Assembly (NCBI GenBank): GCA_029838195.1
Contig: JALGVJ010000033.1
Location: 1 to 37,815, forward strand
Length of the DNA: 37,815 nt
Direction of reading: 5' to 3'
From: Promethearchaeota archaeon
Lineage (GTDB): Archaea > Asgardarchaeota > Lokiarchaeia > Sigyniarchaeales > SOKP01
How positions within the stretch are numbered: the first letter of the stretch is position 1; each line of letters begins with the position of its first letter. The notes beneath the pieces are model-generated. The model saw nothing but the letters and a program-made list of their open reading frames with translations, was not told where the DNA came from and made no database searches. Positions 1-8,283 of this stretch are shown here, in pieces. The position numbers and the translations under genes were made by a program.

Positions 1-119
1 AATTTTTAACCCCATTTTTAAATAAGATAAATTAGATAATGAAGGGATATGAAAAAAAAGAAGTTTTTAAAAGCTTGGAGGGATTAATCCTTCTCGTGCT
101 GATCTAGATATCCCAAGTT

Positions 120-503
120 TTAATATTCAATATTTTTGTTTTTCAAGTATTCAAAAGCAGAATATGCGGCTATAACTCCTTCTGCAACTCCCGTAATGGC
201 TTGTTTATATGGCGAATCTGCCACATCTCCCGCAGCATAAACACCGGAGATGTTAGTCTCTGATTTTCTGTTTATGATTATTTCATCTTTATGATTTACT
301 TTTATACCAAACTCTTTTGCGGATTGCGAATTAGAAATAGTGCCTATTTCAATGAAAACGCCGTCTACTTTAAATTTTTCTCCTGAATTAAAAATAACAC
401 CTTTTACATGTTGATCTCCCGTTATTTCTATTATATTCGTTTTATAAATTATCTCAATTCGCTCATTATTGAAAACTCTTTTTTTATTAATTTACTCAGC
501 TCA
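120..503 (-). pseudogene. trxB: 5'-truncated thioredoxin reductase remnant (C-terminal ~125 codons)
   Basis: Manual translation: *AE*INKKRVFNNERIEII...KVDGVFIEIG...SETNISGVYAAGDVADSPYKQAITGVAEGVIAAYSAFEYLKNKNIEY*. It carries the TrxB motifs DGVFIxIG and TNxxGVYAAGD, has in-frame TGA (501-503) and TAA (492-494), and no start codon or N-terminal half. Confidence 0.85.
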
Positions 504-810
504 TTTTTTAATAAAGCCTCATTTCTTGAAATTTATTAGAATTATATTAAAACCTTGAAAACATTAAGAATGTATCTAAATTAAATTCTTTCTCAATTTT
601 TAATATTCTTCTTTAATAAAGCATTTTTAACGAAATATGAGTTTTAAATTTTTCATTCAAAATAAAAAATATCATGAATCGCTTCCCATATATTAATAAA
701 ATGTTACCTCCTCATGCAAATTAAAAAAATTACTAAATTGCTAACCTCAATAGATTTTTTATACCAAGCGGATTTTATCACCTCAAGAACATCTCCAGGT
801 CTTTTGAAAC

Positions 811-1782
811 ATGTATCTACTGGAACTCAGTTGGGACGATTCAAGTAATCTGATATTTGAATTTGAAAAAGAAGGAGAAGAAAAAAAAGTAATCCTCCCA
901 GAGACTGTAGATCGAATTAATATTAAATTTGAAATTTCAATGGTGCAACAATATGAATTAGGATCTAAACCCCCTCCCTACCTAGTTTCTGTCAAAGAAG
1001 TATTTTTCACGGAAAAAACGATGTGTTTCTTAATTAATTTACGACAATTAAATCGACTTGAAGAACTAAAGATTACAATTTTGAAACTGACCATCTTTTT
1101 TGTTAATGGAAATAAAGTTTTTCTTTCTTTCAATGAAAAATATAAATTTTCTGAAATTCAATATAGGGGTACATTTTATAAGGAAGATTACGTCCAAAAT
1201 TATTCTTCTCGCAATAATATCAAGAAAAGAATCACTCAAGAAAAGGTGTTTAAAGAAGTCCTTCGAGATTTTAATAAAAATACCCAAAAAACGACTTATG
1301 TATATCAAAAGAACCAAATTGAAAATACTATAGAAGATTCGCAATATTTTTCTTTAATTAAAGAAAATAATGAAAGATTAAAAAGAGTAGAGGAAGAACT
1401 AAAAACTATTTCTGCTCTCTTGAAAAATGCTAGATTTAACGGAAGCATTAATTATTCCAATCTCCCCTCTGTTCCATCAGCCCCTCCATCAATGGGAATA
1501 ACTCGCATCAAGCGACCTCCTAAGAGATCCACGGGAATTCAGCAAAATCTAGTTTATCTAAGTGAATTAAAAACAGTCCTCAAAAAAGGTAAAAAAGAAA
1601 ATAATGAATTCAATTTCCGTGAAATATTAAAACCATTAAGCGAAGAAGAGCTTAATAAAATAACATTAAGTGATGAAGAATTGATAAAAAAACAAGAAAT
1701 AGCCGTTAATAATCAACTCAAGCGACTGAAAAAAGAAGAAGAAAAAGTACTTCGCTTGGAAGATTTAAGAAAGCCAACATGA
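811..1782 (+). CDS. Hypothetical protein with short coiled coil, Pro-rich linker and charged helical C-terminus
   Basis: 323-aa ORF with coding-like composition; no family recognised; start uncertain. Confidence 0.7.
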   Translation: MYLLELSWDDSSNLIFEFEKEGEEKKVILPETVDRINIKFEISMVQQYELGSKPPPYLVSVKEVFFTEKTMCFLINLRQLNRLEELKITILKLTIFFVNGNKVFLSFNEKYKFSEIQYRGTFYKEDYVQNYSSRNNIKKRITQEKVFKEVLRDFNKNTQKTTYVYQKNQIENTIEDSQYFSLIKENNERLKRVEEELKTISALLKNARFNGSINYSNLPSVPSAPPSMGITRIKRPPKRSTGIQQNLVYLSELKTVLKKGKKENNEFNFREILKPLSEEELNKITLSDEELIKKQEIAVNNQLKRLKKEEEKVLRLEDLRKPT

Positions 1783-1789
1783 TATTGTT

Positions 1790-2727
1790 CAAGAAGATTT
1801 TTCTATGAGCTATATAAAAAGGCCTTTTAATTTTGGCTTAATCCGTGCTTTTTTTCTAAAAATCTTAATAAATCAAAAACAATCGGGGCAATAACACGTG
1901 ATATAATCACCTTTGTATTCCAAAACTCTATTACGAGCTATTTTTTCTTCCTCGTCTTTTCCTAACTGATAGCCTGAGCTCCTCCACAACACCAAATGGG
2001 AAGATCTAATATCTCATCCCTCAATACCTTTAAAATACATTCAACCTGTATATCCATGCCTATTTTCTGCTCTGTCTAATTCCTTTATCCAAAGGCTTAA
2101 GATAATCTATGAAACCGCTAATGGTTAAATTTTTTATGTTCATAATGTTTTTTAAAAGTCATGTAAAATTTGGAAAGATTGTAATTATCTCCCTCAATCT
2201 TCTTTCTCGAAATAAAGTCAAATTCTCTCTTTCAAGAGCTTAATAGGTCTCAATCACACCTGCAGCCAAAACGGGATATCCACAATAAATTAATTCATTT
2301 AGAATAGTAAAATCTTTCTTTTCATGGAAGATATACCTAATCGCATCTTCTGCATACGATGGAATTTTAGATTTAGTAAAAAAACCTAAATATAATAATA
2401 TGAAGCTATTTTAGATATCGAATTTTTAATCTTAACACGAGATTTATTATTATGGGGATAGGGTGATTTATAGCGAGTAAAAGTATTAATCATTTCCCCT
2501 TAATCCAGAAATGATATAACCTCTTCTAAATATTTATATTTTAGTAAGATCCATTCATCTGAGGTTCCATTTTCCCTGCAATGTATGCATTTATAAAGCG
2601 TTTAGTAATCCTTCGATGTAAATTTACATATGTCTTTATTTCTAAACAATTCAGTAATTTCTTCATTTATAAGAAAATGCTCGGAATCTGCTTCTTTTGT
2701 AGGATAATTACGTTTTCTTTTTTTCAT
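1790..2727 (-). pseudogene. Decayed (Fe-S)-binding CCG-domain oxidoreductase (HdrD/GlpC-like)
   Basis: Fragments across stops and frameshifts: LYKCIHCRE, LLYLG, IYCGYPVLAAG, EIITIFPN, LDLPIWCCGG, ITCYCPDCF. ATG at 2727; 3' end approximate. Confidence 0.75.
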
Positions 2728-2840
2728 GAGAAATAGATAATTCTTGTCTTAAATAAAACAATTATCTTCTTTATTTCATAGCATTCTCTTATAATGATCT
2801 TTCAACTATTTAAAATTTGGTTTAAAAAAATAAGAAAAAA

Positions 2841-2996
2841 TTATTCTTTTTTTAATTTTACATTTGATCTCTGAATGCCTATTTCTTTACTACTCGGAAT
2901 TGCGGTTCCACAATGATCTCTTTTTGCTTCTTTCTCTTTAAAGGCTTTATCCAGTTCTTCTTCTAAATTCTCGTCTGTTAAATCCTTCTTTGATAT
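2841..2996 (-). CDS. Possible small protein (51 aa) with no ATG/GTG/TTG start
   Basis: Open frame (ATA)SKKDLTDENLEEELDKAFKEKEAKRDHCGTAIPSSKEIGIQRSNVKLKKE*; protein-like composition. Confidence 0.35.
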   Translation of the reverse strand: MSKKDLTDENLEEELDKAFKEKEAKRDHCGTAIPSSKEIGIQRSNVKLKKE

Positions 2997-3103
2997 ATTA
3001 TAAATAGGGAAATCGACATATTTAAAATTTATATTTATTAAATATTGGACATTTTTATAAATACAAGTTTCGGAATAAAAAAATGAATCTTAATATAAGA
3101 ATC

Positions 3104-3472
3104 TCATAATTTTTCATTCATATATTCTAATGCGGCCTTTTCCTTTTCCAATGGCCTTCTTTCCGGTACTTGCATAAATGTTTTGTTTTCTTGATAAAAA
3201 TCTTCTCGTAAATAAAGATTACAATAGCAAGCTCCAAATTCTTTAATATCTAAAGGAGCATAATCACAAGGACAGATCAAATCTCTATCTAACTCTCTCT
3301 TTCCAGCTGCCAATCGACAAGGGCAAGATTGATATCCAAATCTTTTATAATTATCAACAAGGCCTTCAATTAAATCATTAAATGTTTGCTCATCCTTATT
3401 TAAAATCCAATTATTTTTCTTTGCTACTTGATTACAATATTGTTTCATTCCTTCCATAGTCTCCATTTTCAT
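3104..3472 (-). CDS. Ferredoxin:thioredoxin reductase catalytic subunit-like protein
   Basis: CPCR...ICPC...GACYC motif set. Confidence 0.92.
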   Translation of the reverse strand: MKMETMEGMKQYCNQVAKKNNWILNKDEQTFNDLIEGLVDNYKRFGYQSCPCRLAAGKRELDRDLICPCDYAPLDIKEFGACYCNLYLREDFYQENKTFMQVPERRPLEKEKAALEYMNEKL

Positions 3473-3792
3473 TCATCATCTCCTCCTTTCATTAATTCTT
3501 CATATCGGCTAGGATCATATCCCACGACAAGTTCTTTATCATCACAAATCATGAAAGGATATGATATTCGTGATTGAAATTTTTCCCCTAAATAGTTAAT
3601 GATTTGTCTCTTATCTGAATGGTCGATTTTATCGACATCCACATAACGATACTTAATGTTTCGCTCATTTAACCATCGTTTACATTTTTTACACCACATG
3701 CAAGTACTAAGGGTGAAAATAGTAATTTCTCTTTTATCATGTTCACCTTCTACATTAATAGCAAATTTATTGAAGAGTTTCTCTACTGACAT
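3469..3792 (-). CDS. Glutaredoxin/NrdH-like protein
   Basis: TLSTCMWC active site and SYP cis-Pro motif; overlaps the FTR gene start (ATGA coupling). Confidence 0.9.
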   Translation of the reverse strand: MSVEKLFNKFAINVEGEHDKREITIFTLSTCMWCKKCKRWLNERNIKYRYVDVDKIDHSDKRQIINYLGEKFQSRISYPFMICDDKELVVGYDPSRYEELMKGGDDE

Positions 3793-3824
3793 GAAACTAT
3801 CCTTATTTTTAATTAAATTTATTA

Positions 3825-4292
3825 TTAATTCATATTATTCGAATTATTTATTTGTTTTTTCCAGTTTGGATCAATGCAATGGATCGCATCTTCTGTAAAT
3901 TGTTTTATCTCTGCTTTACAAGATGCTTGGAGAAGGCCTAATTCTATTAATGCTTTTTTATCTCCTATTTTAAAAAGGCTTTCTATTATAATGAATAAAC
4001 TTGTTTTATTCAACTTATCATTTTTTAATTCTTCTTTTAAAAGTTCTAAAAGTGGGCGGGTGGCCATGGGACTTCTAATCTTTCCTAGGGCCTCTATTAT
4101 TCTCTGACGAACGCCTGGATCATTTTCAGTTTTAAGTGCGTTAATTAAATGGTTTGCAGTTTTATCATCTTTAAAATTACTCAAATATGTAGCTGCTAAA
4201 GCTCTTTGTTCCCACGTTTTTCCCTTTAATAATTGGCCGACAAGAATGTCATACTTTAATTTTTCTTTTTTCATAAATTTGCCTTGATCCAT
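3825..4292 (-). CDS. HEAT-repeat (PBS-lyase-like) protein
   Basis: Repeats such as QRALAATYLS, VRQRIIEALGKI and IESLFKIGD. Confidence 0.85.
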   Translation of the reverse strand: MDQGKFMKKEKLKYDILVGQLLKGKTWEQRALAATYLSNFKDDKTANHLINALKTENDPGVRQRIIEALGKIRSPMATRPLLELLKEELKNDKLNKTSLFIIIESLFKIGDKKALIELGLLQASCKAEIKQFTEDAIHCIDPNWKKQINNSNNMN

Positions 4293-4494
4293 TCTAATTT
4301 TTTAATGAACTTTTTAAAATTATAATCTAATGCTTATAAATTATTAAGAATTAATCGGATAGAAATCATTTTTATTTGAATTTCCCCGCCCGTATTTTTT
4401 AAATTCACCATACTATAGAATTTACGGCAAATATTAAATTATTTTATAAGAAAAGGTATAAACTTTTTATATTCTAAGATTTTTAGTTAAAAAT

Positions 4495-4791
4495 ATGACT
4501 GAAATGAATTTACCAATTATCATTACGAAAAAAGATTGCCATCGTTGTAAGGAATTAAAAGAATGGCTAAAGAATAATAATCGTAGATACGTGGAAAAAG
4601 ATATTGATGATGTAGAATTTGTTCAGCAGCTATTAAACGATAAAAATTTCATTTTAACATTCTGCGATGAAGAAGGTTGTATCGTTAATACTCCTATAGT
4701 TATATACAAGGGAAGATATTGGTTTAAGGAGCTATGGGGTGTCTCAGGATTGCGTGAAAAAGAAGCGAAAAAAATATTTGATTTGGAATGA
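4495..4791 (+). CDS. Glutaredoxin-like protein
   Basis: TKKDCHRC and NTP cis-Pro motif; extra Cys pair CDEEGC. Confidence 0.85.
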   Translation: MTEMNLPIIITKKDCHRCKELKEWLKNNNRRYVEKDIDDVEFVQQLLNDKNFILTFCDEEGCIVNTPIVIYKGRYWFKELWGVSGLREKEAKKIFDLE

Positions 4792-4838
4792 ATTCCATCC
4801 GTTCTTTCTCATCGATAATTAATTAAATGCACTCAAAT

Positions 4839-5435
4839 CTATTGGAATTCTGCTATTCTTTTTATGACTTTTCTTATTGCTTTTAATCCTTCCGAATCAT
4901 TCTCAACACCAGTTCTTCCTTGATCATTACTCCATAAACTCGCACCCAAATTTGCTCCAAAAGCGCCACCTGAAACTGTTATTACGTGATTTTGTTGAAA
5001 AAAATCTAATATTGTTCTAATTGCAATTTCTTGCCCCCCATTTCTATCTCCTCCTACTGCTAACGCAGCACCAAATTTATTTTTAAAAACATCAGGATCT
5101 TGAGCAACTAACGCTCTACAACGATCTAATACGGTTTTTAATTGACCGGACAAGGTTCCTTGAAATACGGGTGTTCCTAAAAGAAGATAACGTGCATTTT
5201 TTATTTTTCCAAATAATTCTCCAAGATCATCGTCTTGAATGCATCCTTTCTTTTCTCTAATGCAATAATCACAATGTAAGCAAAATTTGATCTCTTTCTT
5301 TCTTACGGTCCAATACTCTGTTTCAAAATTATATTTTTCTTTCGCATGATTTAATGCATATTTTACAGCAAATTCCGTTCCTTGATTTCTTGGGCTTCCG
5401 CATATACCTAATAATAATTTATTCATTATGTTCAC
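4839..5435 (-). CDS. Iron-sulfur flavoprotein / NADPH-dependent FMN reductase family
   Basis: GSPR..G.T, CLHCDYC-x5-C and GTPVF; AVGGDRNGGQE motif. Confidence 0.9.
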   Translation of the reverse strand: MNIMNKLLLGICGSPRNQGTEFAVKYALNHAKEKYNFETEYWTVRKKEIKFCLHCDYCIREKKGCIQDDDLGELFGKIKNARYLLLGTPVFQGTLSGQLKTVLDRCRALVAQDPDVFKNKFGAALAVGGDRNGGQEIAIRTILDFFQQNHVITVSGGAFGANLGASLWSNDQGRTGVENDSEGLKAIRKVIKRIAEFQ

Positions 5436-5564
5436 TTTATTTTATAGAAATCCTTATCACTTTAATGAAATGATTGTTTTAAAATACTCATGTTTAAGAT
5501 GAATTCATGCTTTTTTATTTTTCAAAATATTAACTTTTAATAAATTTTTAAAAATATTTAAACC

Positions 5565-6920
5565 ATGAAGATCGTAATTATTGGAAATGGCGTAGCCGGT
5601 ACTTTTTCTGCACAAAATATTCGAAATCTTGATAAGGACGTATCAATACACCTTTACTCAAAAGAGAATTATCCTTATTATACACGAATTAAGCTTCCTC
5701 AATTGATTTCTGAACAAGTTACCATATCAGATCTTATCGTTTTCAATAAAAATTGGTATGTTAAAAACAATATTGAACTTAACTTGAATTCAGAAATAAA
5801 AAAAATTGACACTCTTCATAAACAAGTGTTTCTAAATAATAATTCCTTACCCATCCATTATGATAAATTAATTCTCGCTACAGGGAGTCTGCCGAATATT
5901 CCTCCAATAAAAAATGCCAAAAAGTTTCTAAGAAATGGAGTATTCACATTACGAAGTATTCAAGATGCTTTAGATATTAAAAATTTTATTGTATCTAAAA
6001 AAGTTCAACGTGTAATCATTATCGGGGGAGGGCTACTTGGCTTAGAACTTGCTAAACAGATCAAGAATCGTGATTTAGATACGACTATTGTTGAATTTTT
6101 TCCTAGATTATTACCAAAACAATTAGATTTTGATTGTGGAACACTTCTGAAAGAAGAAATTGAAAGTATGGGCATAAATGTTATATTAGATGCTGCAACC
6201 GAAGAAATCCTCTCTGAACAAGAGGTTATTACGGGGATCCTAATAAAAAATGGGACAAAGATTGACGCAGATTTGGTTCTAATTCAAGCAGGAATTCGTC
6301 CCACCATCGATTTAGCAGTGGAAGCGGGAATAAAATGTAATCGTGGAATTATTGTAAACCAATATTTAGAAACTAGCATGAAAAATGTATTTGCTGTTGG
6401 CGATTGCATAGAATATAATGAACAAACATGGGGGATTATTCCCGCATGCATGGAACAAGCAAAAATTGTAGCATCGACCGTATTAGGAAAAAGGGATAAA
6501 GCTTATAAGGGCACTATTCCAAAAAATACATTAAAAATTATTGGCATTGACCTTACTTCCATTGGACTTTTTGATCCTAGTGATAAAGATTTAGTAGGGG
6601 CAGGTTGGGAAATCCTAAAAAATATCGATAAAAAAAGCAAGTGTTATAAGAAAATTGTTCTAAAAAATAAAAAATTAAAAGGCGCAATATTATTTGGAGG
6701 AAAAAAGGCTGTACCTTATATAAGTAAAAATATCGAGTCTGAGATAAATGAGGATGAATTGCGAAAAGTCGTTGAACTCTTTAAATGGAGGTGTAAAAAT
6801 TGCAACTATGTATATGATGATGCTAAGAACGATATTCTGTTTAAAGAATTGCCCGATGACTGGAAATGTAAATGCGACAGTCCAAAAACGATGTTTGAAA
6901 GAAATCCGGATAATATTTAA
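5565..6920 (+). CDS. NAD(P)H:rubredoxin oxidoreductase-like FAD oxidoreductase with C-terminal rubredoxin domain
   Basis: IIGNGVAG, LATGS, IIGGGLLGLE, FAVGDC; C-terminus WRCKNCNYVYD...LPDDWKCKC. Confidence 0.9.
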   Translation: MKIVIIGNGVAGTFSAQNIRNLDKDVSIHLYSKENYPYYTRIKLPQLISEQVTISDLIVFNKNWYVKNNIELNLNSEIKKIDTLHKQVFLNNNSLPIHYDKLILATGSLPNIPPIKNAKKFLRNGVFTLRSIQDALDIKNFIVSKKVQRVIIIGGGLLGLELAKQIKNRDLDTTIVEFFPRLLPKQLDFDCGTLLKEEIESMGINVILDAATEEILSEQEVITGILIKNGTKIDADLVLIQAGIRPTIDLAVEAGIKCNRGIIVNQYLETSMKNVFAVGDCIEYNEQTWGIIPACMEQAKIVASTVLGKRDKAYKGTIPKNTLKIIGIDLTSIGLFDPSDKDLVGAGWEILKNIDKKSKCYKKIVLKNKKLKGAILFGGKKAVPYISKNIESEINEDELRKVVELFKWRCKNCNYVYDDAKNDILFKELPDDWKCKCDSPKTMFERNPDNI

Positions 6921-6957
6921 CACTTAACTAATGGAAATTTCGTGAAAAGGTGATTAC

Positions 6958-7101
6958 ATGAGTTATAGATGTAAGAAGTGCAATTATTTGTACATTAATA
7001 AAGTTTATGAAATTCCTTTTGAAAATTTAAATAATGATTTTCGATGTCCACGTTGTCGTTGTTCGAAATCCATGTTTGTAAAGAAAAATCTTTCTACTTA
7101 G
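6958..7101 (+). CDS. Rubredoxin-like small protein (47 aa, not in ORF track)
   Basis: MSYRCKKCNYLY...FENLNNDFRCPRCRCSKSMFVKKNLST*; RBS AGGTGA at 6948-6953. Confidence 0.85.
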   Translation: MSYRCKKCNYLYINKVYEIPFENLNNDFRCPRCRCSKSMFVKKNLST

Positions 7102-7230
7102 ATTTTCAATCTTTTTCCTCATAATCTCCTCTCGGATACAAACGTTTATAAATTATTAAATCAATGTTTTTAATGAAAAAACAATTACATTTTTCAATCA
7201 GAACCCCTACAAAACTAAACGTGAATCACT

Positions 7231-7368
7231 ATGAAGTGGGAATGTACTGCATGTGGATATATTTATGATGAGGATGTAGAAGGAACCAAATTTGAAGATT
7301 TGCCTGATGATTGGACGTGTCCTGTGTGCGGTGTTGGAAAAGATATGTTTGAAAAGATAGAAGAATAA
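7231..7368 (+). CDS. rub: Rubredoxin (45 aa, not in ORF track)
   Basis: [45 protein letters not shown], a canonical rubredoxin. Confidence 0.95.
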   Translation: MKWECTACGYIYDEDVEGTKFEDLPDDWTCPVCGVGKDMFEKIEE

Positions 7369-7997
7369 TTTTCTAAATAAATTTAGAGCTTTTTCTTGAT
7401 TTTTTTTCTCCCTTTATTTCATTAATTTTTTTCTCTTTCATTAAAACAAACATTTTTATGACTTTCAATATTAAAAGAAATTTTTAAAATCTCTAATTAA
7501 GACTATTAAATTTAAATACTTATACGTATTATTAAGCGGTTTAAAATGCTAATGTGTCTTGATTTAAATTTTATATTTAATCTGATTTGGGCTCCTCTTG
7601 GGGAGATCATTTTTTTCATTTTTAGGCTTTCAATAATAAGAGAAATAAAATCTTTTCGAGTGCAAAAGTTATTAAAAAATGGATTATCATACAACGTCTA
7701 ATAATATTCTTCTGGATTCAGTTAATCCTGAATTTTTCGATGGATGGAATGGAGATAAGAAATATTTTCTCCCTTTCAAGAAAAAAGTAGATTTATATTT
7801 TAAATTAGGCAATCTTAGATTTCAGTTTCTTATTATCTTGCTTCTTTTTATAAAATAAATCCTTTGCCTTCCTTTCTTTAAATTAACATAGAATCCTTTC
7901 GGATTATTAATAATTAATAGAAATTAACTTTATTTTTTGGTCTAAAATATAATATATACTTAACTTATGTAAATAAAAACTTAAATGGTGATAACAT

Positions 7998-8264
7998 ATT
8001 ACTTTTCCAGCAATAATTAAAGATGTTTTTTTTGTAGGATACGTGGATTGGGAAGTTAGATCATTTTAATCCTCTTAAAATGAGGCTAAAAACTTTCACG
8101 GCTATTCTACTCATAAAGGCTCCTTTCCAGAAATTATAAAATATTTGCCTAATGCCGAAATCATTGCATCTGAGAAAGGAATTGAAATAAAATTCGTGCC
8201 AACTCCCGAACAGCTCAATTTCGATTCTATTATCGAAAAAATTATAAAAAAAATGGAAAAATAA
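7998..8264 (+). pseudogene. fprA: Internally deleted flavodiiron protein (FprA) remnant carrying a 30-nt intron-like insertion
   Basis: RBS GGTGA (7987-7991), then (ATT)TFPAIIKDVFFVGYVDWEVR-[30 nt]-NFHGYSTHKGS/FPEIIKYLPNAEIIASEKG/IEIKFVPTPEQLNFDSIIEKIIKKMEK*. The three blocks resemble the FprA N-terminus, the segment after DHSGS, and the flavodoxin-domain C-terminus. Confidence 0.8.
8060..8089 (+). other. Candidate BHB-type intron within protein-coding sequence
   Basis: AGTT-AG|A-TCATTTTAA-TCCTC-TTAAAATGA-GGCT-AA|A. Excision restores GAA GTT AGA AAC TTT CAC (EVRNFH). Confidence 0.6.
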
Positions 8265-8283
8265 TAGCGAGGTATGAACAACA

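Noticed and set aside
492-525. In-frame TGA in the trxB remnant as selenocysteine, and AAATGAGGCT shared (minus strand) with the fprA insert
   Set aside because: The TGA sits at an expected Arg rather than a Cys and is followed by TAA, and no SECIS is evident. The 10-mer match has no BHB or repeat context and may be chance.
787-830. TCCAG/CTGGA inverted repeat as a second mRNA BHB intron
   Set aside because: The flanking 4-mers (GAAC/ACTC) cannot form the central helix.
7512-7890. 60-aa minus-strand ORF and upstream broken frames
   Set aside because: It may be another decayed gene, but it has multiple stops and no motif I can assign.
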